From positions 188,358,001-188,422,000 of the forward strand of contig NC_058368.1 of assembly GCF_018350175.1 (NCBI RefSeq): a DNA stretch of 64,000 nucleotides. The letters run 5' to 3'. Shown here one piece after another: positions 23,010 through 36,389 of the stretch (position 1 is the stretch's first letter; each line of letters opens with the position of its first letter). This stretch comes from Felis catus (taxonomy: Eukaryota). The notes beneath the pieces were generated by a model. That model did not search any database, had not been told where the DNA came from, and saw only the letters and a list, made by a program, of their open reading frames with translations. The translations under genes were made by a program, and so were the position numbers.

Positions 23010-24059
23010 GGTAATATTAATATCCTGTAGACAGACTAAGAAACCAGGTTCAAAAGTGTCACTGCTTTGAAGTAGTAAATGTAACATTCAAATCCAGACC
23101 AATGCAGAACGAGGCTGGTTGACTCCAAAACTGCACTGAGAATGTATGAAACTCCAGAATCCCATTAAAAAACAAGGTAAAGAAAGGAAGCAATCTTTAG
23201 CAATGTCTTAGTTTCTCGTGTAGTCCTTATCGCAGTGTACCTTTTATCGGCTGCTGGGAAGTGTCTCTGTCTCCCAGTACATTGCTTTGAAATCTCCTGG
23301 AAGGCAGGACCAGGACATAATCATGCCGGTAGCAAGCCCCTCTCCCTGCCTCCCTCAATGCTTAGCTCCGGCTGAGTAAACACCCCCACCAAAATGTGGG
23401 TTGGGTTGAGTTTGTTGAAAAACACTCAGGATAATAACTGCTCATGAGAAAGTGCATCTTTTTGTGAACAGATGCATATGGTTGTGCTGGTACCTACTTG
23501 AGGGAGTGTTTCACATTGTGTATTATATGTGTGTGCATGCACACAACCCCGTGTCTGCATGTCTGAGAAAGGGAGCCAGGAATATTTCCTCATCACTGTC
23601 ACATCCATCCTCCACCCCCTTCCCGCTCCTACAGCCCTACAGTGACAGCACCAATGATTATATTAGTGATAACTAAACTTTTGTGCAGGACCTGAAAATT
23701 TAATTTCCTTGTGGGAAGACGTAGAGAACCAAGCTTATTCAGGGCGAAGAACTCATGAACTTTCTCAGAAAGGAAGAGAGAATACCAGATACAGTCATTG
23801 GTCTTTAGATTTTCTTGAAAAATATAAAAGCACCAGCTCATTTTTGAACGGCCCCTTTGGACGCAGCTTCAGATCTTTTTTCTCTGTCCCCACCCCACAT
23901 CAGAGTGGAAAGGAAGAGATGAGTGGCCCTTGAGAAACAGCTAATTCATTCCAATTTATTCCATGAGTGTGAATTTCTTTTTTCCATTATTTAAGAAAGT
24001 ACAATTCCATCAATTTTTCTTTTCCTTCTCAAATTGCTTGGATGGTCAGGATCCTGGTG

Positions 24060-24250
24060 ATATTTAATGAGTGCTCATCATGTTGCAGGCGCTGGAGTTA
24101 AGTGTTTGCGTGCTTTAACTCTTTTAACCCTCCCATTTCGAGGATTAAGAAACTGAAACACAGAGAAGATAAGTAACTTGCCTAAGGTCACACAGCTAAG
24201 AAGTGACAGCCCTGGGATTCAAACCCCAAAAGTGCAGCTGTAAAGCCCAA
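24060..24250 (-). mobile_element. MIR
   Basis: AAGAAACTGAAACACAGAGAAGATAAGTAACTTGCCTAAGGTCACACAGCT..GGGATTCAAACCC. Confidence 0.85.
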
Positions 24251-25019
24251 GACGGTTTATGGCCACATCACGGTACAGCCTGGTCAGTCTGGAATTCTCC
24301 TCTGGGTGTCTGAGTGCATCAGTTCTTTGACTATAAACAACAATTATCTCTGAGACACTTAAGCAAAACAAAAAACAAAAAACAAAAAAAAGTGGAAAAA
24401 TAAGAAGCAACATATCATTCAGCATTGGGGGATTTGCAGCCAATTCCCACGGACAGTCTGATCATCTCGGCCTCATCACAGCTCACCCTTAGACCAGGGT
24501 TGAACAGGTGACCTAAGGTGACCATCCCTGCTCTGCTTCAGAAGAAATGGAGGAGAAGCTATCAGAACGGGATGGTGTGGACACAGGGCGAGAGACAATG
24601 ACAGATGCATATGCTGCCGTGCCTCTAAGGAAAGAACAAGTCTTGCTGAATTTAATGAATTTGGGGTCAAATTGTGACACAGACTTGGCAGCATGGGATT
24701 TTGAAGGTGTTCCACCCATATAATTCATCTGTTCACTCAGTTGTGCACCTGTTTATCCCCCCAACGCCCCGAACAGTCCCTTTCGTGTGCAAGCAGCGTT
24801 CTGGGTGATTCACTGCTCCCAGTCATGTATGGCCCATGTGGTGACCCCAGATGTATATCCCCCCAGTCATTTTCCAAGCTCTATTGCACACCACAGCAAA
24901 CCAGGCCCAGTGTCGAGCACTGGGAATAGAGCAATGAACAACTCAGACGCAGTCCTCACCACATAGCTAATCTCCTGGTAACTGCAGTGAATTAGAAACA
25001 GCGGTGATCTGGGGAGCAA

Positions 25020-25510
25020 AGAGCAGGGACCTCGTTTAGGATGAGCTGCATATTTTCCATTCCACCCCACCCCCGCGCCCCACCCTGCCACCAGATCCAC
25101 TTTCCACGTATTTCCATCCTTCTTGGTGCCCGCAGTAGGCTAGCATGTAAGGACTGTTCCCACAGGATCTCTTGCCCTCTGGCTCCCAGTTAGATTCAGC
25201 CAATTGAGACACTGGCAGGAGATTGAGGGAGAGGAGAAAATGAGGTTGAGGTATTTATTTTCTCAGCTCCTTCCTGCTGGGTGACTACCGGTGGGCCTCC
25301 TCCCTCTACGTAAGGCAAATCCTGCCAGGTGCCCTTTCCTACAATCCCTGCAACTATGACCCTTCTGGCCTCAAGGACTGCGCCCTCCCCTGCCTATTCC
25401 AGTCCAGCAGGGGTAAGCCTTGCAGCTCTCGCTAGCTCCAGGAAGGCATCACCTTCCTTGGCTGGATTCCTTTAATTCTGCCCACACCTTCGGAAAAGTC
25501 CCCTCCGTTA
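25020..25510 (+). mobile_element. ERVL solo LTR (LTR16A-like)
   Basis: CTTGCCCTCTGGCTCCCAGTTAGATTCAGCCAAT..GGCAGGAGATTGAGGG..GGTATTTATT..CTGCCCACACCTT. Confidence 0.7.
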
Positions 25511-26493
25511 GCTTGGAGTGAAGGTAACACTGTTTCCTATAGGGAGGTCAAGTAAAGTTTCCCAAGAAGGGACGCTGAGGCTGATCTAGACCATCTTAAG
25601 CAAGAATGTCAGACAATAATGCACGAGATGCCCAGCAGAGCATTACTCCCAAAGGAACTACCAGCTTGGTCCTGCTAAAGTAATTCTAGCCTTAGCTTCA
25701 CTGATTCAGAATTTCAAACGGTACAAATTAAATTAACTGTAAGTTAAATTGGGGGGATTTACCAAAGAAATATCCTAACATGAATGTGATTAACCCCCTA
25801 CACACGAGCGTTTGGGGGTGCCTGCCCAACTGCCACAGCCACTTCTCTGAGGACAGGTTTGAACTGAAGAGTCTGCCCTTTGCAACAGCCGATCAGAGCA
25901 CAGGCAGGCAGACACCTGGCCCAAACTAGACCAGTTTGTAGTTCAGCCAGAAATAAGACATGACGAAAATATCATTTCATCCTTGTGGGCACTGGAAAAA
26001 CGTGGGTTAGATGACAGCACATTGAGGGCGGTTGGGCACCATCTGAACAACCAATATGCTAGAAGCCTGATTCATTATGCCAGTGAGTGTCCTCCCAGAA
26101 CACAGCCTCTGTCTTCAGCTCTGTCCTATTCAGGTGGCAACTCATCAGAGTTGGGCCTTGGACCTAGCACATGGCACAAGCTCCCAGGCCATGCCTCCTG
26201 TCTTCCTACACAGGGACCAGTCAGAAGCCAGTCCGTGACTTGCTTTTCCCGCTGCAAGTAACAGCAAGGCACTCAAACTAACTAAGGAACAAAAGGGAGG
26301 GTATATTCAAGGCGTATGGGGTGTGTCCAGGAACCCAGGTAGGAGGAGCTCACCTGGGTTCTTTCTCAGACTGGCTACAGCACTGAGCATAAGCTAACAA
26401 GCTACGCAATTCTGTAGTCAGATTTTTAAATTCTCCAACTACACCGATCGTAGCTGGGAAGGAATGCAGCTTGGTGCTGGCACAGGTGGAAGG

Positions 26494-26610
26494 AACACTT
26501 AGGATTTTGACTGTCGGCTCAGGATGAGTCAACAGTATGATGTGACTGCCAAAATAGCAGTGTAATCTTGGGCTGCATTAATAAAAGAGGAGGGAATGGT
26601 ACTTCCTTCA
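26494..26610 (+). mobile_element. CR1/L3 LINE fragment
   Basis: From 26524 translates MSQQYDVTAKIA-(frameshift)-SVILGCINK, matching the CR1 ORF2 motif MSQQC..AAKKAN.ILGCI. Confidence 0.75.
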
Positions 26611-26824
26611 ATTTAGGGCATCATGTATTCAAGGCACAGTGCACACAGAAGAGTGCCCAGGGAGAACTCAAATCATGCTCTGTGGGGAACAGTGGGATAC
26701 CTGGGATATTGCTGTCTAGCTTTTGGGGGGATTGGTGAGAATTACCGGGATGTAGGCTCACCAGTCTGGAGTCTGGAATTAGACCACCTAATCTAAAACC
26801 CCAATTCAGCCACTTCCTAGCCAT

Positions 26825-27010
26825 TTCTTATATGCCAGGAGCATCCTAAACACTTCATGTGACAAATCTTATTTAATCCTCACCACAACCCTCTGAAGGA
26901 GTACCATTTTTATCCTTATTTGACAGATGAGAAAATTTAGGCACAGAGAGGCTAATTAGCTTGCCTAAGGTCACACAGCTAACAGGTTGAAGAGCTAGAC
27001 TCTAACGGCA
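26825..27010 (-). mobile_element. MIR (flanked by further + strand MIR pieces)
   Basis: ATTTAATCCTCACCACAACCCTCTGAAG..TTTGACAGATGAGAAAATTTAGGCACAGAGAGG..GCCTAAGGTCACACAGCT. Confidence 0.88.
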
Positions 27011-27346
27011 AGGAGAGTATACTTTCTTTGCTCTGCCCCTAACTGGCCGTATGTCCTTGAGTCTTGTCACCCCTCTTCACTATGTCTCAGTTTGCCCAAC
27101 TGGAATGTGGGGTGAAGAACCCCTGTCCTACACCAACTAGGAAGTATATGTTGTGGCTGAAGTGATATTGTTGACAGGAAAATATTAGAGAATGGTTAAT
27201 ATGATATGCCAAAGGATGTATTGCCTTAGCTTATGGAGGCTTACAGAGAAGAACCCTTTCCCTGCACTGCCACATACAGGGATTTCATCCTGGCTGTCTT
27301 TCATTTGCATAGTATAAACCCGTGGATCTCAGATGATCCAATCAGC

Positions 27347-27414
27347 TTTTTTTTTTTTTTGAAAGAGAGAGAGAGAGCAAGTGGGGTGGGAGAAGCAGAG
27401 GGAGAGAGAGGGGC

Positions 27415-27451
<37 letters not shown>

Positions 27452-27577
27452 CTCAAGCAGGTTCCACAACGCTCAGCGTAGGGTCCGATGTGGGGCTCGA
27501 TCCCACAACTTTGGGATCATGACCTGAGCTGACATCAAGAGTCAGACACTCAACCGACCGAGCCACCCAGGCGCTCC
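27347..27577 (-). mobile_element. Can-SINE
   Basis: Reverse SINE with (GA)n; TSD ATCC(A/G)ATCAGCTTTT. Confidence 0.92.
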
Positions 27578-27744
27578 AATCCGATCAGCTTTTATAGCCA
27601 CTTATTAACCCCCAAACAGCCAATAGGAGTGGACACACTTTGGAGCAAAATTTACCCCACCTCAGGACATTATCTTCCTGATGTATAGTGACAGTGCACT
27701 AATTCAGGCAGAAGTAATAACATCAAAAGCCATTTATTGGGCAT

Positions 27745-28333
27745 TGTTCTCATTATCTAACCTGCATAAGAAACCACCCCCAAACATAGGGGCTTAAAAG
27801 GAAAACATTTATTTTGCTCACAAATCTGCAACGGGGCAGGGCTTGGTTGGGACAGTTCGTCTCTGCTCTACTCGGCATCAGCTGCACTGGGCTCAGAGGT
27901 GGGGCCCTTCACCTCACTCACTCTGGCTGGTGCCCAGGGAGAGAAGACTCACACAGCGGGAAGCTGGAAGAGCTGGGGCTCCCGGGTATCACTCTGTCTC
28001 TGTGAGGGCCTCCCTACTACATGCCCTCTCCAACACAATGGCGGCCGGTTAACCAGCCCACTTACCTGTTGACACAAGGCTCCCCGGGGCACATGTCTCA
28101 AGATTGAGGGAAAGAGGCAGGCGGACACTTTCATGATCCAGTCTCAGAAGTCACATAGTATTACTTCCATTGTACTCTGTTGGCCAAGGCATTTACCACG
28201 ATGCATCCTGGTCCAAAAGGAGGGACTCTAAACCTAACGGTCAGTGAAGCAGTGTCACCATCACGCGGGTAAAAGAGCCTGTGGGATGGTGTCGATATTG
28301 AGATGGACAGCTTTGGGCAATACATGTGCCACA
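27745..28333 (-). mobile_element. MaLR solo LTR (MLT1G/H-like) inserted in a MIR
   Basis: AAACCACCCCCAAACATAGGGGCTTAAA..GCTCACAAATCTGCA..CTCAGAAGTCACATAGTATTACTTCC..TGCCACA. Confidence 0.75.
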
Positions 28334-29933
28334 GGCACTTGCTATGTTCTCAGCATGGAGATAAGTGCTTCATAACCATTATGTATTGCCATTATACCCA
28401 CCCCCAAATCCTGTTCTAGTAGGCACTATTATTTCGTCTTACGGGAGGTAGAAGACCGAGATACAGAAAGGTGAGCAACTTACCCCAGTCACACACCAGC
28501 CTGTGGAGGAGCTGGGGATGAGCCCCAGGTGTTTTGACTATGAGGCCAGGGAAACACATGAGGTTCATGAAGGTCCCACTTCCACGAAGGAACACACTTG
28601 GTGGCGGCCATGTGGCACAATGACTAGCTGTGGGAGGGCTTGACATCAGTCTGCTAGGGCTCCCTTCCGGGCCCCTCCACTCACAAACTGCACAACCTAG
28701 CTTCTTCACCTCTCCAAGCTTCACTGTCTTCACCAGCAAAACGGGAATAACCACAGCGCCCACCTGTGAGGACGAATCGAGACGACACAGGTCAAAGGCC
28801 CCACACGTTGTCTGGAATCTAGTGAGGACTCTATAAATGTCAGCTGTTATTATTTTAAAAGTGGCTCAGGAAAGACATCTTAAAAGGACAAATCTATTGC
28901 TATTAGCAAAAACATGTGTCACACATCCTCAAGCCCGGCAAACATATTTAGTTCATTGGCGTCATTATTCTTGTCTATCCCTGTGTAGACAGGATGCTGC
29001 AGTGTGCTGGCCGGGAAAGACACTCCACCCCCTCCCTCCCTCCCCTCTGATCAACAAGGCAGGTGGTGCAGCCTGTAAGAGTTCCTAGCGTGTCCTTTCC
29101 GGGAGGGGTACCTGGGCTGACTCAGCTGGGAGGGTGTCCAGTGACTCATTAAGTGTCAAAAGCTGATTAAATGTCCTCAGGCCTCAGGAAGGGAGCTAAC
29201 ACCCAGGAGACCCTAGATTCTCTCCTCACCCCAGGCTCCCGGTAGCTCTCAGATAGGAGAACAGGGGCGGGACGATGACCTGGGTCTCCATATCAGCAGG
29301 GAGGTTAGTCATTCTACACACACACCTCTCCAGCTTTAATAAGAGGAGTTTCACCTCTCTTCTGCATATTCAAACTCATGGCTCAGCACCCCTCCCTCAT
29401 CTGTTCCCATGGCTTCAATTACCATCCAGAGCTAATGAGTCCCAAATTCACATCTCCAAACCAGACTTTCAGACGTCTTTCCAGAGCTGGATACCCGCCT
29501 CCACTCAGATGTCCCACAGGCCCCTCAAACCAGCCTGCCCCCCACCTTGGACTTGTCTCCTTCCCCTCACCTGGACCAGGCTCTCCTCCAGGATGCTCGG
29601 TGACGATTTCCATGGCCCACCCAGGGGCCCAAACCAGAAATCCAGCTCACCCTGACACTCCCCTGCCCTGCCCCACAGGTGGTCCATCACAAATCCTACT
29701 GTTTCTACCTCCTGAGTCTCTCCTTCTGCCAGATTCTCTTAGAGGGTCACCCAACCACTTGCAAACCCATCTCCATTCTTCTCCAACTCTTTCCCCTTGC
29801 TGCTGTAAGAATCTGTAAAATGCAAACACGAGCACTGTCACCCTGCCTTAGTCTCTGCTGTGACTCCTCCTCGTCTTCAGATAAAGTCCTTAACACGGTT
29901 CCCAGGCCTTGTGTGATCTAGGCACTGCCCATG

Positions 29934-30097
29934 TGTTATGATCTGAATCATGTCCCCCAAATTCACATGTTGAAGCCCCAACCTCCAGTACCTTAGAATG
30001 GGACTGTATTTGGAGACAGAGCCTTTAAAGAGGTGATTAAGTCAAAATGGCATCATTATAGTAGACTCAAATCCAACGTGACTAGTGTCCTTATAAG
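29934..30097 (+). mobile_element. MLT1 (B/C-like) LTR 5' fragment
   Basis: TGTCCCCCAAATTCACATGTTGAAGCCC..GACTGTATTTGGAGACAGAGCCTTTAAAGAGGTGATTAAG..GTGTCCTTATAAG. Confidence 0.85.
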
Positions 30098-30106
30098 TTG
30101 CCTCCC

Positions 30107-30304
30107 GGGGCTCCTGGGTGGCTCAGTCAGTTGAGTGTCCAACTCTTGGTTTCGCCTTAGGTCATGACCTCACAGTTAGTGAGTTCGAGCCTCACATCAC
30201 GCTCTGCACTGAAAGTGTGGAGCCTGCTTGGAATTCTCTTTCTCCCTCTCTCTCTGCCCCTCCTCCATTCTCTCTCTCAATAAATAAAAACTTAAAAAAA
30301 AAAA
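30107..30304 (+). mobile_element. Can-SINE
   Basis: TSD AAG(T/A)TGCCTCCC. Confidence 0.93.
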
Positions 30305-31107
30305 AAGATGCCTCCCAGTGTATGCCTCCCAGTTTGGTCCTTTGTCACCCTAGCTGTCTAATGCACCATCGTTCACCTCTACCTCACCACCCCCCACCCC
30401 ATACAGCTGCAGCTGCACACATTCCTGCTCTCTGCTCTGGGCTTGGCCCTGCTCTTTCTTAAGGATCTAATGGTCTTCCCAAGCCTCTTTATCCAGTCAC
30501 CTCCTTCCAGTTCTGGCATTATTTCCTCCAGGAAGCCATCCCTGACCTCCATGTTTAAGTGTCTCCCAAAACAACCCTCAAGTTCCTCCCTCATAGCCCC
30601 ATATTACAACCACCGATTTATTTATCTGTGTGTGTCACTAGACTGTTAGCAGCATGGGCACAGGGACCACGACATCTAGGACAGCATCTGATCCCTAGAA
30701 GGTGCTCTATAAATCCTTTTCAATGACTGGCACTTCATGAGTGGATGAAAAGTCACAAAAAATTCAAAATAATTTAAAAATACAAAACTACTTTTAGCAT
30801 TCAAAAAAAAAAAGTTCATAAATATCCTAGTACAGATCCCAACACAGCTCCTTTTGGACTACCTAAGTTTCCAAGCAAAAGAGAGCCATTGTCTCATAAA
30901 TCTGATTCTTGGGCCTCCAGATAGTCTGTAAAAGAAGGGGGTGTCTGTGGACCTTAAACTGAAGGTGCTGATGAAGATTTGGTTCAGCTCCTGAACCCAC
31001 GTTTAACATGTAACATGATGAGCTTATATCTCACTTCAGGTTTATGGCCTCATGACGGGGAAAGCCGTCCCAGAATTCCCGGCCATCTCCATAACGGCCA
31101 GCAAGAT

Positions 31108-31300
31108 GGAGCACCTGGGTGGCTTGGTCGGTTAAATGTCTGACTGTTGGTTTGGGCTCAGGTCATGATCTCGCGGTTTGTGAGATCGAGCCCTGCATCA
31201 GGCTCTGCACTGACAGCACAGAGCCTGCTTAGTATTCTCTCTCTGTCTTTCTGCTCCTCTCCTGCCCTCTCTTTCTCCCTATTAATAAATACATACATAC
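31108..31300 (+). mobile_element. Can-SINE (older)
   Basis: GGAGCACCTGGGTGGCTTGGTCGGTTAA..CAGGTCATGATCTC, CT region and AATAAA tail. Confidence 0.9.
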
Positions 31301-32934
31301 CCTCTGTCTCTTAAGGGCAGCCTGTGGCAGCAGAACACACATCCATACTGGTCTTGACCACCCAGGTCAGTGCTGTTCCCAACCCACCAGTCAAGGGTGG
31401 GCCTGGGGTCCCCGGCTCTGCGTGAACTGGCCCTGTATGGAGCAGAGAATAATTTCACCCTTAAGTCCCTCCTTGGCTCTGAGAGTCCCCTGCCAGGTGT
31501 TGGACTTACCTGCATTTTACCCATATAGGGTGAATCTGGGTTTTCTGAATAATGACCTGCTTGTTTAGAAAAACAAAAACAAAAACAACCTGATTCTAGC
31601 TCCACCTGGAACTAGAATGAAGGTCCGTATGCAGACAGATTCAACTCTACCAGCCCTCCCCTCCTCCCTTCCCTGATTTGTTAAGTCACTTTCACCATCA
31701 CCTAATTTACTGTGTATTCATTGTATTTGCTCACCCTACCCCACCGCACCGCTATCAGCAATAGAATAAGGGCACTGTGAGGGCGAGCATTTTGTCTGTT
31801 TTCTTCCCTGCTGTTCCTCTCATGCCTTGAACACAGTCTGGCACAGAATAGAACACAGCTTGCTCAGGGTGTGTGTGCTGAGCGAAGAGATGAAAAACTG
31901 AATGAAGGAATGAATGTACACACTCCCTTCTGTCCTCCCGCCACTCTCACTGCCACCTTGGAAATCCCCCTAAATTCGCAGGGGGAATCCCCTCTGGTGC
32001 CCCTCATACCTTACCTTCCTCTAAATGAGATTTCAATATGTGCATTAAAATCATTCCCTGGTCCATCTGTGAATATTGCCCCAGTTCTACAAATGTCCCT
32101 CTAGGGCCAAGGGGAGTTCTGTTCACACGTGAAATGAGACAGGATTCCATTGATCCTAAAACCCACATGAACAGATCCACCAGTGACCTGGGTTTCCTGC
32201 CCTCTCTGGGCAGAGCTCCCAGGGGACAAAAATGTGAGGCCGAGACCCTGACTGTGGAGGTACAGTGGACACTTGGGGTCCATCAGCACCTGCTGCCTCA
32301 GGACAGACTTGGGAGGTGGGGGCAGCAGAGAGGGCACTGGACCAGGAGTCAGGATCTGGCCTCTGGGCTAGCTGACCAACCTCAAGTCATGGCAAGCAGG
32401 TCAGGTTTACTGAGCCCAAAGACCTGTCTTGGGCCATTGTGAGAAGCAAAAGAAGCATGGCGAGGGTGTGTGTGTGTGGGGGGGGGTGCAGCAAAGCCAT
32501 GGTGAATGGCTCAGTCTGGGATTGAAACCCCCATCCACCACTCGATGCTACGTGACCTCCAGCAGGCTTCCAAACCAACTCCAGACCTCATTGTCATCTC
32601 AGGATCCAGCATGTGGTTAACAAGCCATTATTATGAAATGTAAAAGAATGCAAGAGAGTAACCTGATCCCAGGAAGGAGGGAGGAAAAATGTAGGTGCTC
32701 TGCAAATGTACAGCCTCACTGCAGTTATCTGAGAATCTGAAAATTGTCCTGTTCCCACTATTCTCTCCCTCTTGGCCCCCACAAATTTTGGGGGCGGGGG
32801 GAGGAGCACTGGTATGCTGCTTTGGGCATGGGTGGCTGCTGGGCCTAGAATCTTCCCAGAAGCTGCAAATACTAAAGCCTTCCCTTAGTTGCTGACTGAT
32901 TTGAGACCCATATGTGATCTCCACCCTGAAAAGG

Positions 32935-33080
32935 CTCTGGAGTCAGACCGATGGCAGTTCAAATCCCAGCTCTACCGCTTAGCTGTGTGACCTCAGCCAA
33001 ATTAATCACCCTCTCTGTACCTCATTTTCCTCCTCTGTAAAATGCAAATAATGATAGGTAGCACCTACCTCATACGGTGA
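32935..33080 (+). mobile_element. MIR
   Basis: CTGGAGTCAGAC..GTTCAAATCCCAGCTCTACC..AGCTGTGTGACCT..CCTCATTTTCCTCCTCTGTAAAATG. Confidence 0.88.
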
Positions 33081-34530
33081 TGCATTACCAACACGTCCGT
33101 GTCACCAAAACAAACCCCATGCTTCTCTGCCATGGCTCCTGGTGGTTCCTTCCAGCCTCTAATGCTTTCTTCCCTTTTCATCTCTGCCTGTTGAGACCCA
33201 AACTAATCCAGAAGGCCATGTTCAAATGACTCCTCCACCATAGTGTTTTCCCAGGTCTCTCTGTCATGTGCCCTCGCCTTCCTTTCAACCTTGCTGACAC
33301 GCTTACATACACCCTTCTATGAAGTCGCCTTGGAATCACATGAATGAAGGACACATTTTATTCCTGGCCTCCTTCTCAACAGATCCTCAGTTTCCTCACC
33401 CGTAAAAAGAACATGCTGAAACACCTAGCTTATAAGTTTGTGGTAAGAATTAAAGGGGATAATGCGTACAAAACATGGGGCACAGAGCAGATCACATCAT
33501 ATATGCCAGGAAATGTTACTATAATTGTAACGATTGTTAGTACTAAGTAGACGTGAGTCTGAAAGGCTGCCATTTGGAATTCATTCCTCTGGGTCTCTCT
33601 CCAGTTCAGTTTCTTCTCAACTGTGATCTTGGGTCAGTAGTGGTAGCCCCAGGGAGGAACAATTGGCTCTGAACTCTCCCTAAAGACTTAGCTATTCTTT
33701 TGACAACAGGACTTTTGGTGCCTGAGGCAAAAGGAGAGAAGAGAAGGGGCAGGGAGAAGCTGGAAGGAGCATCTTCCAAGTAAAAGGGGGCGTAATATGG
33801 AAGGTGGCCACCATGCGTTGAGGGCTCCGCATGCGACCCTTTTCCACAAGTTGTCTCTTTGGACCTCATGACAAACCTTCAGAGCCCTCCCCCCCCCCCC
33901 CAGCTATTTTCTAGGTGACAACTCTGACCTCAAAACAATAAAGTGATGAACCCAAGGTCACACAACCAGTGGCAACACAGCTCAGATACAAACCCAGGTC
34001 TCTCTTACCCCGAGGCTCATGGAGAGGAGAGAGGTCAGAAGAAAGAAGGGAGAGAACTTTTATCCACGGAAAGCACACACCTCCATCATAGGGCAGAAAA
34101 AACAATCTGTGAAAATGTATGGTTTTATTTATGGAAAATTAATTCAGCATACAACTTCATCATAATACCATTTCTCGAAACATTAACTCCCATCAATGTT
34201 GTAAAAGTCTGGGAAGCTACAAAATGTCTTTTTTTTTTTTAACCTGCTATTATCTATAAACATCCTTGATGGCCAAGATGGCCAAGATTTCCCCTCCTCC
34301 CCTCTTAATCTGTTGATTTTCAATCTAGAAAGGTCAGGGATGGCCCCATGTGTTACTGTGGCTTGAGAAAGGTTCCCATCAGCCTATAAACTCAGGGTAA
34401 AGCAATGCTCACTTTAATTGCTCTGTGAATTAGAGCCTCCTTTTGATTTAAATCCACAGCCACAAATGTATTGTTTTCCCCAGTCCTAGAAACAACCGTG
34501 AAGCATTTCTTTTGTTTCTCTTGTCCGATA

Positions 34531-34548
34531 TCGCCCTCTAGTGGTCGC
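34531..34548 (-). promoter_or_regulatory. CTCF-binding motif
   Basis: Minus strand GCGACCACTAGAGGGCGA fits the core CCASYAGRKGGCR; unique sequence with retained CpGs. Confidence 0.7.
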
Positions 34549-35174
34549 AACTCTACTTGAAAATAGAGTGTAAACCCACCAAAGAGATGTGTGCCACTCA
34601 GACCCTTTCACAGCCTCCCCTATCTATTCATCCATCCAGTCAGCCATACCTCTGGCCATCATTGCTTGAGAGCCTACTGTGTGCCAAGCACAAGCAGCGA
34701 GGATTCTGGGATGCCCTAAGAGCTTAACAATTTGCTTACTAATGTGGAACTTGAGGGAGGGTCTAGGGAAAATGGCCTAGATCCTAGGCCTCGAGAACTG
34801 GGTTGGAATCCTAGCTCTTCCAACCCAAGTGATCCTTGGGATGGAGGTCAGTTCCCCGCCAGACTTGTTTCATCACCACAGAGCTGGTAACCAACTTGTC
34901 CATCTTCAAAATAGACAATATTAGATGCATCCTATCTTTATTTAATCTTACCTTTGTTTTTCACAACCAGATCGCCCCACTACTCTTGGAGCACACCTAG
35001 TTTTTGTGATGGAGGAAAGGCAGGGGAGCTAGTGGGTAAGCTCAGATCATGGTTTCAGAAGCCCTGGGTTCGAATCCCTGTTCTGCCAGTTACCATGGAC
35101 AAACTACACAGCCTCTCTCAGTCTATTCTTTCTTGTCTATAAAATGGGCACAATCAGAGAATCCAAGATAATTC

Positions 35175-35510
35175 AGGTTCTCGGACTTCGGTGTAAGCAA
35201 AATCCCCTGGGGATCTTGTTAACAGGACAGCCCCTTCTCAAACTTACTCGTCCAAAATCTCTGAAAACAGTCCCAGGTATCTGATCAGTAACCAAGGTGG
35301 CCAGGTGATTTGGATGTCCAACAGCCTTTGACAGCAAGGGGGACACAACAGCCCCCTGGCCCTCAAGCTTGGCCAGACATTAGAATCTTTGAAAATTCTG
35401 ATTCCCACCCCACTAGATTCTGACAGAACTGGCCCCGGGGAGTCTGGCATTGGGATTTTCAAGAATTCCTGTGGTGATACTCACGTGCAGCCAGGGTTGA
35501 CAACCGCTGC
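35175..35510. mobile_element. two adjacent MER5-like (hAT-Charlie) elements
   Basis: GGTTCTC..AAATCCCCTGGGGATCTTGTTAA; and GGGATTTTCAAGAATTCCTGTGGTGATACTCACGTGCAGCCAGGGTTGACAACCGCTG. Confidence 0.65.
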
Positions 35511-36389
35511 CGTAGACCAGTGCTTAATGCGCAGTAATACTTCCTAAAAGTTAAAAGAAGCCCTCTCAACACATCCACATCATGACTCAAACACCTTCAC
35601 TCAACAATAATACATAATGAGCTTCTGTCGGGTGCCAGGCATTGGCAAAAGAATGGCCATCAAACCAAAACAAAAAGATAAGAATCTCTACCCTCAGGGA
35701 GCTCACGATAATGTAGCAGGGCCAATTTGCCCTTTTGTACTGACCCCCCCCAAATTATAAAGCCAGCCCCCAAAAGCAGGCATGGCATATCATGTAGTTC
35801 CTTGTGGGTCACAGTAAGAGCTTTCTCTTTGAGATGGAAAGTCATCACATGCCCTGCCATTATCTGTCTTAGAAAAAAAAAAAGAGATTTTGAGATGCCC
35901 TTGCACCTTCCAGAAAAGTGACTATCTCATGGTAAGATTTCAGTCAGAGACTGGGTGTGGGGCAGGTGCATATTTGGGGCAGTGAGACCTACCCTGACTT
36001 ACTGCATCCCATGTGTCTGTCTATTCCCCTCTGAGTAAGGCTGTCGGAGCAGGAGACAGACGACTGTAGCCTGGAGCTTCCCTCCTGCGCCCCCTCCACC
36101 CACTGGCCTGCAGCCTGCAGCCTCCTTCTCGGCTGACTCAGAGGGCCAGCTGTTTCCAGCTGTACAGACACATGGGAATACTTATTCTTAATCAGGATTT
36201 GAGCCTTGCACCTGCTCCCCTTGGCTGGGGCTGAGCCTACTTCAGAGGCCAGGGATACAGAGGGTGCAGGGAAACCCTTTTTTATCACTGTAGCCACGCC
36301 AACCCCTAGCTGCTCATTAGCACCTATGAACGAGGCCAGAAAACCCTGTGAAATCTGGTTAAATCACTGAGAGTGTGGGAGGAGGGAGG

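Larger units (their letters stand above)
29370..30730 (+). mobile_element. L2 LINE (RT remnant to 3' end), interrupted by an MLT1 piece and a SINE
   Basis: CATGGCTTCAATTACCAT reads HGFNYH, preceding the degenerate YADD; 3' end ACTAGACTGTTAGC..GTGCTCTATAAAT. Confidence 0.75.

Noticed and set aside
29275..29818. Overlapping 126-aa and 146-aa ORFs
   Set aside because: They lie in a C-rich decayed L2; only the HGFNYH RT scrap is meaningful
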